This document shows, in pieces, positions 9,616-20,088 of a stretch of DNA of 64,000 bases. Origin of the DNA: Candidatus Latescibacterota bacterium (GTDB taxonomy: Bacteria; Latescibacterota; UBA2968). How positions within the stretch are numbered: the stretch's first letter is position 1; each line of letters starts with the position of its first letter. The notes under the pieces are model-generated. The model made no database searches. It was not told the DNA's origin and saw only the letters and a program-made list of their open reading frames with translations. Location: positions 5,728,001-5,792,000 of the forward strand of contig OZ240241.1 of NCBI GenBank assembly GCA_965198115.1, written 5' to 3'. Made by a program: the position numbers and the translations under genes.

Positions 9616-10592
9616 ACGTGCTGTGCGTAGGGGGGGGATCGATCGGGGAGCGACATCTTCGCTGCTTCCAGCAGACGGAGCCGTGCAAGGTCGCAATTTG
9701 CGAAACGCTCGATGAACGGCGTGAACGACTCGTGAAGGACTATGACGTCGAGGGATTTCCGTCGATCGACGATGCCCTGCAGCGCGAGTGGGACCTTGTG
9801 ATCGTTGCGACGCCGGCGAACTTTCACATCGAGCACGCGCTGGCGTTCAAAGATTCAACGAAGGCGTGGATGATCGAGAAGCCCTTGAGTACGGGCTTCG
9901 ATCGGATCGACGAGTTGAAAGCGGCTGCCGAAGGGAAAGTGCTGGGCGTCGCGTATGTGTATCGGATCCATCCCGCCTCACAGGCCATTCGCGCGATGAT
10001 CGAGGAAAAGACGTTCGGGGAGCCGCTCGAGGTGACGGTTACGGGCGGGCAGCACTTCCCGACGTATCGTCCCGCCTATCGTGAGATCTACTACACGGAT
10101 CATCGTACGGGGGGCGGCGCGATCCAGGATGGCGCAACGCACATCTTCGATCTGATCCAATATCTGGTCGGTCCGATCGACTGGGTTTTCTGCGACTACG
10201 GTCACCAGGCGTTGGAAGGCGTGGAGGTCGAGGATACGGTCCATCTGACGGGCCGCGCAGGAGGCGGAAAGATCATGATCAACCTGGCCATGAATCAGTT
10301 CATGGCACCGAACGAATCGGCCTTCCAGGTGAACGCCAAGGACGGCAGCATGCGGATGACGTGGAATGAACAGCGCTATGGCACGATGCGGCTGGGCGAT
10401 TCAGAGTGGGAATGGAGCGACGTCCTGGTTCATGAGCGGGACGATCTGTTCGGATGGCAGGCGAAGCGGATGGTGGAAGCGTGTCAGGGCGAGAAACCGG
10501 TTTTGTGTCCTTTGGAAGAGGCGATCCAGGCGTTGAAGGTGAATTTGGCGGCGTTGGAGTCGAAAGGGGAGCGGGTCGTCAGGATAGAGTGA
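9612..10592 (+). CDS. Gfo/Idh/MocA oxidoreductase
   Basis: GGGSIG, IEKP and GGGAIQDGATH; ATGA overlap with the upstream gene. Confidence 0.92.
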   Translation: MNVLCVGGGSIGERHLRCFQQTEPCKVAICETLDERRERLVKDYDVEGFPSIDDALQREWDLVIVATPANFHIEHALAFKDSTKAWMIEKPLSTGFDRIDELKAAAEGKVLGVAYVYRIHPASQAIRAMIEEKTFGEPLEVTVTGGQHFPTYRPAYREIYYTDHRTGGGAIQDGATHIFDLIQYLVGPIDWVFCDYGHQALEGVEVEDTVHLTGRAGGGKIMINLAMNQFMAPNESAFQVNAKDGSMRMTWNEQRYGTMRLGDSEWEWSDVLVHERDDLFGWQAKRMVEACQGEKPVLCPLEEAIQALKVNLAALESKGERVVRIE

Positions 10593-10827
10593 GGAAAGCG
10601 AAGGGTATCGGCTTTCTACAGAGCCGCGAAGATGGTGGACGGTAGCGACGGCTTCGCCCCTATGAATTTTGCATTAGATCGCGCCGCTTTTGAGGTGGGA
10701 CTGGCCTCCCGGCCAGGAACAGCCCGTAGCGTGAGCAATGAGGCGATGATTCGGGGCGCATCCACAACGATGCGCGCCATAAAACGCTACCCCAAAGCGG
10801 GCGGGCTGACATCATTCACAGAAAAAC

Positions 10828-10863
10828 GAGGGCGGCTGATTACGTGCCATATCAGCCGCCCTC
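10828..10863 (-). terminator. Probable intrinsic terminator
   Basis: 13-bp perfect stem GAGGGCGGCTGAT/ATCAGCCGCCCTC followed by GTTTTT on the minus strand, downstream of 10955-11821. Confidence 0.7.
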
Positions 10864-10909
10864 ACTATGTTGCGAACCGCCGGGAACTGTGCTGTTTACA
10901 GTTTTTCAG

Positions 10910-10934
10910 TTCGCAGCCGGGAGGCTGCTCCCAC
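10910..10934 (-). repeat. Classical GTGG-type REP (GTGGGAGCAGCCTCCCGGCTGCGAA)
   Basis: One-mismatch copy at 23158-23182 and a variant at 10695-10716. Confidence 0.75.
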
Positions 10935-10954
10935 CAGTTACTGTCTAGTGAATC

Positions 10955-11821
10955 TCAACACGAGACGTCTTTGCCCTCCGAACCATACACTGCCAACAGC
11001 TCTTCCTTCGTGACGATGTCGGGGTCGACGCTCTCTGGGATGTAGTGGATCTGGAGGGAGCGACGGCTCTTGTCACTTCGGTTGGCGGGGGAGCCGTGAT
11101 GGAGTCTTCCGTGCCAGAAGAGGATGCCGCCGGGCTGTAGCTCGACCTCGACGACACGATCCTTCGCGACGTCGGTGTCGCAGATCTGCCAATCGCGGAC
11201 CCGGAAGTGGACGACGGGGCCCTCGAGATGCGACCCGGGGATGACGCACATGCTCCCGTTCTCGTGGTTGGCTTCCTGAAGGGCTATCCATACGCTCACG
11301 ATCTCGGTGTCCATCGGCAGATTGAAGTAGGCGTGGTCCTGATGCCAGGGCTTTTCGCGGCCGATGCGGGCAGGCTTCTGCATGGCCTGGTTGCTGTAGA
11401 GCTTGGCTGGCTCTCCCATGATTCGCCCGAGCACGTCGAGCAGGTCGGGGTTCACGTGAAAGTGATCGAGTCGCTCGTCGAACCCGATCCATTGCTGCAG
11501 CTTCCGTACGAAGGTCTTTCGCTCCTCGTCAGGTGCAGCCAGAACCTGTTCTTTGACGCCTCGCTCGAACAACACGCCCTTGTCCCTGAACGTCTCGTTT
11601 TTACCATCGATGATGTCTTCGACAGCTGCGATGGCGTCGGCGATCTGCTCCAGGGAAAAGGCTCGCTCGATGGCCAGAAACCCCTCGGCCTTGAAGCGGT
11701 CGATTTCGGCCTCCGAGACGTTTTCAAACCCGTCGACCGTCTTTGCCTTCCCGGTGGGGACGTAGAGCGACGAGTCATACGGGTCGTCGCCGTGCTTATC
11801 TTCGATGATTTCCTTTAGCAT
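10955..11821 (-). CDS. PhyH-family dioxygenase
   Basis: KPWHQD, WIAL, NGSMCVIPGSH and LHHGSPANRSDKSRR. Confidence 0.92.
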   Translation of the reverse strand: MLKEIIEDKHGDDPYDSSLYVPTGKAKTVDGFENVSEAEIDRFKAEGFLAIERAFSLEQIADAIAAVEDIIDGKNETFRDKGVLFERGVKEQVLAAPDEERKTFVRKLQQWIGFDERLDHFHVNPDLLDVLGRIMGEPAKLYSNQAMQKPARIGREKPWHQDHAYFNLPMDTEIVSVWIALQEANHENGSMCVIPGSHLEGPVVHFRVRDWQICDTDVAKDRVVEVELQPGGILFWHGRLHHGSPANRSDKSRRSLQIHYIPESVDPDIVTKEELLAVYGSEGKDVSC

Positions 11822-12001
11822 GTGTGGCTCCTGCTTTCGAGTTCCTGCTACCCGGTTTGTGTGTAAGGCCGAGCGAAGCCTCGTTCTGGCTCCCGGTCCC
11901 CTTCGACGGAGTCTATCCTGAGCGAAGACGAAGGGCTCAGGGTGATCTCGTCTGATATTCGGTCTATCAAATGTAGGATTGTTTGAGACTGGGGCAATCC
12001 C

Positions 12002-13108
12002 TTATCCGCCCGGGATGTAAAGTGAGCGGTCTGCGACAGGCACCTCGACGCGAGTTCCACCTTGCAAATGGGAATGGGCGATGGCGAATTGGGTCTCGAC
12101 GGCCTGCATGGTGACATCGATGTTTCCGGCCGTCCGCTCACCGGTTTCCAGCTGTTGGATGATGTCTCGAATGTTGCAGACCGTGGGGCTTTCACCCGCC
12201 GCTTTGATGGTGCTCTCTTCGACGGCGTTTTCTCTGCGCGTTCCCCTGCGGATCCGGATTACTTCGCCGTTGTCCCACGCATAGGCGCGTCCCTCCGTGC
12301 CGTAGACCTCGATGTCGAACAGACCGGTCATGGGAATAAAATGTCCCTCGGTCCCGTTGTCGTAGCCGACGCGGAAGAAGTCGACCATCGGATCGGCGAT
12401 TTCCTCGCCCTCGGGAGGGATGAAGGCGTGTTTGTCGGCGTCGTAGTCGGGATAGGCCCGGGGGCGTTGCTTCGCGCCGTCGCCGGCGAGCAGACTGTTG
12501 GGATCGGCGAGCCGACCCTCGACCCATTGCGGCGTGGGATCGCCGAAGAGCATGGCGACGAGGTCGATCGTGTGGGGATGGTGTTTGATGATGTCCGTGT
12601 AGGAGTACATGAAGGCGTAGCGAGGTTCGCCAATTTCGCCGGCGACAATGGCGTCGCGCATGCGCTTGAATCTGTCGTCGTGACGACGCATGGCACCCCA
12701 GTTGAAGGCGACGTCGTTGGCATTGCACGCGGCGGCGATTCTGTCCGCTTCCTCGAGCGACGCACAGAGCCCTTTTTCCGAGAAGATGCCACGGACACCG
12801 TTTTCGGCGCAGAAGATGATGGGCTCGGCGCGGGCGAAAGAAGGTGTCGTGACGCTCACGATGTCGGGTTTCTCCTTCTTGATCATCTCGCGGTAGTCGA
12901 GGTAGGTGTTCGTGACGCCGAAGCGATCGCTGAAACGCTTGAGCCTCTCCTCGCCCCGATTGGCGACGGCGACGACCTCGGTTTCCTCGATAGCGGCATA
13001 GCCGCTGAAGTGGCCGTAGGGGATAACGAACTGATTGGGATCGAGCTCATCCTCGATGAGCCCTCCCATGCGACCAGTACCGATAATGGCGGCTTTGTAT
13101 TTGGCCAT
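12002..13108 (-). CDS. Gfo/Idh/MocA oxidoreductase
   Basis: AAIIGTGRMG, YLDYREMI..EKPDIVSV and SEKG (variant of EKP). Confidence 0.9.
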   Translation of the reverse strand: MAKYKAAIIGTGRMGGLIEDELDPNQFVIPYGHFSGYAAIEETEVVAVANRGEERLKRFSDRFGVTNTYLDYREMIKKEKPDIVSVTTPSFARAEPIIFCAENGVRGIFSEKGLCASLEEADRIAAACNANDVAFNWGAMRRHDDRFKRMRDAIVAGEIGEPRYAFMYSYTDIIKHHPHTIDLVAMLFGDPTPQWVEGRLADPNSLLAGDGAKQRPRAYPDYDADKHAFIPPEGEEIADPMVDFFRVGYDNGTEGHFIPMTGLFDIEVYGTEGRAYAWDNGEVIRIRRGTRRENAVEESTIKAAGESPTVCNIRDIIQQLETGERTAGNIDVTMQAVETQFAIAHSHLQGGTRVEVPVADRSLYIPGG

Positions 13109-13335
13109 GAGAACCTCGAAAAACTTGGGACCACCCCTCACATACGTTCGGGGCAGGCTCCACACACGGAACATACCAACGAAAACCTAAACACGAAAAC
13201 CACGAAATACACGAAAAAAGGACGCGTGACTTTTGGGTGGTGCCTGAGCTTCCGACCTCACCGAAGTGATTTGGAAGTGCTTCCTTTGGTCACTGGTTAA
13301 TGGTCATTGGTCGATGGTCAATGAAAGGGGCATCG

Positions 13336-14112
13336 TCACATCCCCCTGGCCAGCCAGCCGCCGTCGACGTAGATGTCCTGGCCGGTGATGTAGGATGAGG
13401 CGTCTGATGCGAGCAGGATGACGGTTCCGGCGAGTTCCGAGACGTCGCCCCATCGGCCAAGGATCGTCCTTTGTGAACGCTGTTCCCGGCGTTCGGGGTC
13501 GTTCCAGCTGGCGAGGGTCGCGTCGGTCTTGAAATAGCCGGGGCCGATGTTGTTGACGCGAATACCGTAGGGACCCAGGTCCAGCGCGAGCGCTTTCGTG
13601 AGCTGCTTCAGGGCTCCCTTTGCCGCCACGTAGGCGGGATTGCCAGGGAAACCACGCTCGGAGTTGATGCTCGTGATGTTGATGATAGATCCGCCGCCGT
13701 TCTCACGCATGAGTTTTCCGAGGCCACGAGCGAGCATGAATGGGGCGTCGGTGTGGATGCGGAAGGTGTTGTCCCAGTCTTCGTCGGGATAGTCGAAGAC
13801 GGGGTGCCCACTCGTGGTACCGGCGGCATTCACGAGGATGTCGAGTTTATCGTGGTGTTGCTCGACGTGAGTGATCAGGCCAGTGAGCTGGTCCCGGTCC
13901 GTGAGATCGCATCGATGGGTTGTGGGACTGTAGCCCTCTGATCTGAATGCTTCCGCAGAGGTCTCGAGACGCTTCTCGTTGGACGCGACGAGAATGACGT
14001 TCGCCGCTGCGCCAAGCAAGGCATTGGCGATGCCTCGCCCCACGCCACGACTGGCTCCCGTCACCAGAGCCGTCTTGCCTTTCAGTGAAAACAGACGATC
14101 AAGATATGTCAC
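13336..14112 (-). CDS. Classical SDR (gluconate 5-dehydrogenase / KduD-like)
   Basis: TGASRGVG, NAAG, YVAAK, VNNIGPG and YVDGG. Confidence 0.92.
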   Translation of the reverse strand: MTYLDRLFSLKGKTALVTGASRGVGRGIANALLGAAANVILVASNEKRLETSAEAFRSEGYSPTTHRCDLTDRDQLTGLITHVEQHHDKLDILVNAAGTTSGHPVFDYPDEDWDNTFRIHTDAPFMLARGLGKLMRENGGGSIINITSINSERGFPGNPAYVAAKGALKQLTKALALDLGPYGIRVNNIGPGYFKTDATLASWNDPERREQRSQRTILGRWGDVSELAGTVILLASDASSYITGQDIYVDGGWLARGM

Positions 14113-14218
14113 GACGATTCCTTGTAGCGAAGGGGGATCGGTCGGACCAGAGAGGGTCGATTGAAAGACCGCCGTCTTTGGTCATTGGTCAGTTGACACT
14201 GGTCAATGAACCGGGTCA

Positions 14219-15787
14219 TCAGGGCGCCAGCGGTTTTACCCGCGACACATCCTCTATGCCGTGTGGGCGTTCGAAGTCCTTGTAACGGGTCTGGATTTCG
14301 ACGCCGTTGACTGAGCGCTCCCAGCTTGCGCGATCGTCGAGGCTTTCCACGACGACTTCCAGGACGTTTTCACCCTTTCGAAGCAGGTCGGAGTCCAGGC
14401 GGTAACGGAACCAATGTCCCGCGAAGCCGAGAGGTGCATCGACTTCCGTGCGCAGACTGACCGGAATCCGCGTCGCACGTTCATCCGTGACTTCCGCTTC
14501 GTCTAACGGGAGATCGGTGTCGTTGAAGCGGATGCTGAATCGGTCCTCGATGCAGAGGTTCGAGAATCGGACGGTAACGTCGGGCGGGCGCATCTCGCCA
14601 TCGAGTCGCGCGCTTTCCACGTCATCGCTTACGACGATTGGAAGACGGATCGTTTCTCCAGCCAGCATGGATGCGGGCAAATGACGCTCCGGCGGCGCGG
14701 TGAATGTGCCTTCTCCCTCGCGCGGCTGCAGCAGGTATCGCTTGTTGGAACGGCTGTGCGCACCGCCGTACGCGACCTCCCGCAGGATCTGATACTCTGT
14801 TTCACTGAATGGCCAGGGCAAGTAACCTAAATACATGCCCGCAATACCCTGATCGAGGATCGTCTGTCCGAGGGCACGATACATTTCGATGGTGGGAAAG
14901 GCGCTGCGTTCGTCGTAGATGCGGAGAGGTGGACGAACGTAGGCAGCGGATTCGGCGGCATTGGCTGCGTCGGCGAGCCACCGTAGATCGATACCCGTGT
15001 CGATGAATGTGTCGGATACCTGTCCGACGACGAGGTCAACGTGTCTCTGCTCGAGCCAGTGCTCGACGTCGAGGCCGATTTTGAGGTTCTCGTCGCGCCG
15101 GTGGTGGACACGTGCGCATACAGGTATTTCACGACCTTGCGTCTGCCCGACTTCGCGGGTGAGGGCGTGAACCTGGGCGACGAAGTCGTTCATCAGTGGA
15201 GTGCTGGCTTCGACTTCTGACTTTCGGAAATAGGCAGAAAAGAACATGAAGTCGAGCTCGATGCCGTAGTCTTCGAGCGCCTCACGAAGGATCTCGAGCT
15301 TGTCCTGACGCACGAGCTCGTTGGTATAGTCATAGGCGAACTCGAAACCGGGATGGCGGTCATCCTTCTCGTTGAGACAAACGTCTTTGCCGTGCTTCCA
15401 TTTGACCCAGCCACACCGCTCGGCACGCGGCTCCGCGCCATCCTGCAGTTTGAGGCTGGGAAAAACCTTGAGCCCGAGCTCGCGACCACGTTCGACAACG
15501 GCTCGCAGCTGGTCCGTCCCGAGACGTCTCGCTTCTTCGACCATGCGCATGATGCGCCAGTCGATGAAGGACTCCCACACTTCCTTCTCTTCGCCGACGG
15601 TGCGGCCGACCTTCGTGTCGTGGAAGTAGACGTCGCCGTAGCCAAGCCCGAAGACCAGGAGGTCTACACCGGTTCCGACGAGTTCATCGATCGGCCAGTT
15701 GAGTTTGTGTCGATTGAGGGGCGGCTCGAGACGCTTGGCGTGGAAGTGATGCGCGTCGCTGTAGTAGATGAGGCGAGGGCGAAACAC
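14219..15787 (-). CDS. Hypothetical glycoside-hydrolase-like (GHL10/DUF187-type) TIM barrel with a C-terminal beta-sandwich
   Basis: PRLIYYSD, DYTNELVR, GIELDF and LLRKGENVLEV. The GTG start at 15787 directly follows the upstream stop. Confidence 0.6.
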   Translation of the reverse strand: MFRPRLIYYSDAHHFHAKRLEPPLNRHKLNWPIDELVGTGVDLLVFGLGYGDVYFHDTKVGRTVGEEKEVWESFIDWRIMRMVEEARRLGTDQLRAVVERGRELGLKVFPSLKLQDGAEPRAERCGWVKWKHGKDVCLNEKDDRHPGFEFAYDYTNELVRQDKLEILREALEDYGIELDFMFFSAYFRKSEVEASTPLMNDFVAQVHALTREVGQTQGREIPVCARVHHRRDENLKIGLDVEHWLEQRHVDLVVGQVSDTFIDTGIDLRWLADAANAAESAAYVRPPLRIYDERSAFPTIEMYRALGQTILDQGIAGMYLGYLPWPFSETEYQILREVAYGGAHSRSNKRYLLQPREGEGTFTAPPERHLPASMLAGETIRLPIVVSDDVESARLDGEMRPPDVTVRFSNLCIEDRFSIRFNDTDLPLDEAEVTDERATRIPVSLRTEVDAPLGFAGHWFRYRLDSDLLRKGENVLEVVVESLDDRASWERSVNGVEIQTRYKDFERPHGIEDVSRVKPLAP

Positions 15788-15788
15788 G

Positions 15789-16892
15789 TCAGTCTCGTGT
15801 CCAGGTGCCGATCTGCTCGGCATACCAGTCGGCGCCGTGGACCTCTTTTTTATTGTACATACGGCCGTCCTTGGGCACGATTTTCAGGCTGCGATCCTGC
15901 AGGGGAACGCGGATCGGCGCGTGTCCCTGCCGATGGGACTCTCGAAAGGCGATGGCGATTTCGAGAGCGTTGCGCATGATGTGGCCGGGGCAGGCAGGCT
16001 CGGTGCCTTTGTCGAGGGCATCGACAACCGATTGGACGCCCGATTGATTGCGGAACCCGGGAACCCGCCAGCCTTCCTCGTCGAACGAGCGATCACCGAT
16101 CCTCGACTCGGGGAAGCGATCCACGTCTTCGACGAGCTGGTCCAGCCGCGTGGGTTCGTTTCCGTCGGCGCTCTTCCAGAGCCTGAAGGTGAAGTAGTCG
16201 CTGTAAGAAGACGCCGTGGGTACAGATGATTTCGATACCCTTTTTCGCCGCAGACTGGCAGTGGGAGAACGCTTCGATCCCGTTTGCGTAGCGGACGTAA
16301 CCACCCATGCCCTGGTCGGCGTCGGTGGCTGGATCCTCCACGACCCATCCCGTAACCCAATCGATGTCGCCATCGCCGGCGAACAGGCCTTTGACGCATA
16401 GCCCCTGGCAGCCGCCCCCGGAGATTTCATTCGTGGCTTGGTAGAGGTTGATGGTGCGGATCGGGCCGATTTCGCCTTCGTCGATGAGGGTTTTTGCGTC
16501 CCAGAACTGGGGGAAGCTCCTGTAGGCGTCTCCCGCGGCGAACGGGATGTCCTTGCACGCCTCGACCATCCGGTCGGCCTCTTCCAGGCTGCAAGCCATT
16601 GGTTTTCGCAGAAGATGGCTCGAACACCGGCCTCCGCACAGGCGATGACGGCCTCGGGATGGGCGTTCACTGGAAGGATCGGTGCCGCGATGTCGATGTC
16701 TTCGCGTTCGAGCATTTCACGGTAATTGCTGTAGCCTTTTTCGAGGTTGAAACATTCGCAAAACAGCGCGAGGTTGTCGGGGTCGGCATCGGCAGCGGCG
16801 ACCACCTCTGTCTGGGGGTGGAGGGCATAGGCACGGGCGTGCCCCGTTCCCTTTCGACCACAGCCGATGACACCGACGCGATAGGTTGTCAT
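15789..16892 (-). pseudogene. Gfo/Idh/MocA oxidoreductase with two compensating frameshifts (near 16603 and 16206)
   Basis: VGVIGCGRKG. The CE(KP)MACSLEEADRMVEAC segment lies in a different frame (ORF 16093-16599) and the frame returns at YSDY. Both indels are in short homopolymers. Confidence 0.85.
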
Positions 16893-16974
16893 GGGAAAGA
16901 CCTCTGATAGGGTTTGAACGGGAAGATATCGACTCGATGAGGATCCAGCAAACCAGCGAAAGGTAGCCCTGAAA

Positions 16975-17988
16975 GTGCAGAGCGTCGAAGTGAACGGGAT
17001 GACTGTCAGCATCGTGGATCGCGTGAACGTCTATGTGGACCCGGACCGAGATCTGCACGGCCCGCGCGTGGTTCGGGCAGGGAACGGCGACCTGCTTCTG
17101 AGTCACCAGGATTCCCTCGAGCACGGGGGACGAGACGGGTTCGCACACCAGTGGCGAAGCTCTGATAACGGTTTCACGTGGGCGGATGAAGGACCGGTGG
17201 CCGACTGGCGAGATCGTGGCTTCGATTCCCTGTTCGGGGAGTACGGCCTGACGCCCGATGGGCGACTCACGATGGTGGTTCAACGGCGAGAGATCCTGGG
17301 TGGTGACATAGGGATCGTCGGCTCCTGGATACAGGTGAGTGGCGATCACGGGAAGACGTGGCGTGAGATCGGTCCGATGGATGACAGCGACACCTACGCG
17401 GTGATGTTCGCGAGGAATCTGGTGCTGCACGATGACGTTTTGTATGCGGGTGTCTGGTCGCGGCACGGGAATGCGTTATACGTGAGCAGGGATGGCGAAT
17501 CGTGGTCGAAGCGGAGTATCATTTTTCCGAATGACGATCCGGAATTCCCGAAGCTGAAAGATGCGGGTCCACCCTTCTATCCTCACGTGGTGATGTGCCC
17601 CGACGGATCTATGCTGGCGATGACGTATCACACACCGCCGGTACATCATTGCTTTTCCCGGCGGAGCCAGAATCTGGGTGAAACGTGGGAGCCGATCGTG
17701 AAGGAGACCGGGCTGAAGCTGTGGGCACCACGCATGAACCAGTTTGATGATGAGACGCTGATCGTGACGGGGCGAGACATCGAGATGGGCGCGACGGTTG
17801 CCTATTTCTCGACCGATAGAGGAAAGACGTGGGGGAGCAAGCTCGTTGTGGACAAACCGGCGTTCAAGGGGAGCTACGCGTATTCGGATTCGATCGATGC
17901 CGGGGATGGACGATTTTGGGTGTTCACGAGTAGTCCGCAGAGTGAAGGGAAGGGGGACATTATTGGTGTTTTGCTCGAGAGACGATGA
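16975..17988 (+). CDS. BNR/Asp-box beta-propeller (sialidase-like) protein
   Basis: SSDNGFTW, SGDHGKTW, SRDGESW, SQNLGETW and STDRGKTW. Confidence 0.87.
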   Translation: MQSVEVNGMTVSIVDRVNVYVDPDRDLHGPRVVRAGNGDLLLSHQDSLEHGGRDGFAHQWRSSDNGFTWADEGPVADWRDRGFDSLFGEYGLTPDGRLTMVVQRREILGGDIGIVGSWIQVSGDHGKTWREIGPMDDSDTYAVMFARNLVLHDDVLYAGVWSRHGNALYVSRDGESWSKRSIIFPNDDPEFPKLKDAGPPFYPHVVMCPDGSMLAMTYHTPPVHHCFSRRSQNLGETWEPIVKETGLKLWAPRMNQFDDETLIVTGRDIEMGATVAYFSTDRGKTWGSKLVVDKPAFKGSYAYSDSIDAGDGRFWVFTSSPQSEGKGDIIGVLLERR

Positions 17989-18179
17989 TTTCGCATTCCC
18001 GAGCTGCGAGCAGGCGAGCTCTCCTTTGGAAGGCAGTCGAGCAGGCGTGGTATGGGTCTGAGCCTGTTGTCATCCTTTTCGGAGTCGAAGGATGTTCTTT
18101 TACCGAGGACTGACACTTCGACTGCGCTCAGTGTGACGGTGTTCGTTCTCACGGTAAGTGTTAGGAAAAGGAATCAACC

Positions 18180-19760
18180 ATGCTAGTCGGCTACGTAAGT
18201 GATGAACGATACATCGCGCTGGCGGATGTGTCGCTCGAGTTCAAGCGGGATGATCAGGTGCAGGCGACGCGGTCGACGGCATCGGGGACGGTGTATGCCG
18301 AAATCGAGCCAGGGGCCTGGCAGGTGACGCTGGCGAGGGATGGGTACGGATCGAAGATCGTTCAGGTCGAGGTGGAGGAGGACGAACCTTGTCAGTTTCG
18401 TCTGTTGAAGGATCGCCTGCTGGGGTATATGTGGCCGAAGGCGGTGAAGTCGGGGGAGCGTTCGGAGTTTCGGGTGCATTCGGATGAGGCGTACAAGCTG
18501 GAGCTCTGGCGATACGGCTTGGAAAAGGAGAAGATTCGGACCGTCGGATGGTTTGACGAACACGGTCCGCGTGCGACGGTCCAGATCAGTCCGGATGGAG
18601 ACTATTCACAGACAGGTATTCAGTGGAACAAAATCGGCTACACGAGCCCGACGCATAAGCAATATGTGGAGGGGCCGGAGCGGTCGGGGCTCTATTACCT
18701 TCACGCAAAAGGGGAGTCAGGACAGTTTTTCTCGTTTCCCTGGGTGGTGGCGCCTGCGGAACCTTCTGCGGATGTCGCCGTGCTGATGTCGGACATCAAC
18801 TGGAACGCCTACAACAATTTTGGCGGGCGCAGCAACTATATCCATCCGGACGAACTGCCTTCTACACCGACGACGAATGCGCGTCTCGAGCTGAAGCGCT
18901 ACACCGATCCCACGCACGTCAACTACCACGATGAGGACTACCGACCCCTGTCGTTCGATCGACCGGAGCTGATCAATCACGTTCCAAAGGATGTCGAGGC
19001 AACGGATCCGATCGAAGGTCGAGCTGCGTGCCACGTCGCGCCGACGGAGTGGCGGATCCTTGCGTGGCTGGAGCGAGAAGGGTTCGATTACGACGTCTAT
19101 TCTGAAACGCAGCTGCACTTCGGGAATCTGAATCTGGATGACTACAAGATCCTTGTTCTCGGACCCCATCCCGAGTACTGGTCGACGGAGATGTACTTCG
19201 GGCTGAAGTCGTGGGTGTTCGAGCGCGGTGGTCGATTGCTTTATCTCGGAGGAAACGGGCTGAACTGCGAGGTGGAGTTTCTGGACGACAGCCGGATGGT
19301 CGTTCACAACGAGGATGGCCAGAAGTTGCAAGCCTGGGGATTTGAGAGTCGGTTTGCGGCCCGACACGAGTCGGAAGCCAACCTGCTGGGCGTTCAATTC
19401 ACGATGACGGGAATCATGACCGGCGCACCCTATCGCGCAATCGATTCAGAGCATTGGGTGTTTGAAGGTACAGGGCTCAAGGATGGCGATCTGTTCGGAC
19501 AGGAAAGCTTGCACGAGCGAATCCCGGGTGGGGCATCTGGCCACGAGACAGACAAGATCCATCCGGAGTCGCCCGATGACACGCACCTGTTGGCCAAGGG
19601 GACGAATCCGGATGAGGGTGGAGCGGAGATGGTGATTCACGAACCGGAAGGCGGAGGTGCTGTGTTTTCGACGGGGTCGATTACGTATGCTGCGTCGCTT
19701 CTGGTGAGTGAGGAGGTTTCGAGGGTTACGGGGAATGTGATTCGGCGATTTTTGGAGTAA
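18180..19760 (+). CDS. N,N-dimethylformamidase large-subunit-like protein with an N-terminal carboxypeptidase-regulatory-like domain
   Basis: SGLY, WNAYNNFGGRSNY, LSFDRP, HPEYWS, LYLGGN, GHETD and GAVFSTGSI. Confidence 0.85.
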   Translation: MLVGYVSDERYIALADVSLEFKRDDQVQATRSTASGTVYAEIEPGAWQVTLARDGYGSKIVQVEVEEDEPCQFRLLKDRLLGYMWPKAVKSGERSEFRVHSDEAYKLELWRYGLEKEKIRTVGWFDEHGPRATVQISPDGDYSQTGIQWNKIGYTSPTHKQYVEGPERSGLYYLHAKGESGQFFSFPWVVAPAEPSADVAVLMSDINWNAYNNFGGRSNYIHPDELPSTPTTNARLELKRYTDPTHVNYHDEDYRPLSFDRPELINHVPKDVEATDPIEGRAACHVAPTEWRILAWLEREGFDYDVYSETQLHFGNLNLDDYKILVLGPHPEYWSTEMYFGLKSWVFERGGRLLYLGGNGLNCEVEFLDDSRMVVHNEDGQKLQAWGFESRFAARHESEANLLGVQFTMTGIMTGAPYRAIDSEHWVFEGTGLKDGDLFGQESLHERIPGGASGHETDKIHPESPDDTHLLAKGTNPDEGGAEMVIHEPEGGGAVFSTGSITYAASLLVSEEVSRVTGNVIRRFLE

Positions 19761-19937
19761 TAAAGTTATGACCTGAACGTGGCGGCCCTCGTTACACCCT
19801 TCAGCGGTGAGGCCGCTGAAGGGCACTCGGGCACGCGGTTGTCCAAAGAGAAACCGGAGAGACCGAAAACGTGTCCCCGAGTATTTATTCCTGTTTGCCA
19901 GGTCGGGACCCTCATTTCACCTCCGAGCGACAACCAT

Positions 19938-20026
19938 TGTCACCCCGGTACGCTTCTTGGCTGGGGTCCACTTTCTGATTTGTGGTCCAAAAATTAGATC
20001 CCGGCCTGAAGCCTGCCGGGATGACA
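19938..20026. repeat. Family A bipartite palindromic repeat TGTCACCCCGG..CCGGGGTCCA-(variable)-GATCCCGGC..CCGGGATGACA
   Basis: Five full copies (19938, 23961, 25327, 43692, 48656) and a half copy (60821). Confidence 0.88.
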
Positions 20027-20088
20027 GTAGTCGGCTTTTCCACATCACAACTGAGCGTTTGCCGCAACTACGTCAGGCAGAGAAGCCA

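Noticed and set aside
12062-13300. 412-aa + strand ORF, and similar long antisense ORFs (32467-33471, 39289-40461, 57190-58335, 62151-63164)
   Set aside because: They are shadows of motif-bearing genes on the opposite strand, expected with GC-rich codon usage, and show no family motifs.
19807-20088. Long N-terminal extensions in the ORF track (also 13174, 17012, 43725, 48650, 56015, 58584, 60772)
   Set aside because: They run through repeats or neighbouring genes; downstream starts fit the RBS and domain boundaries better.
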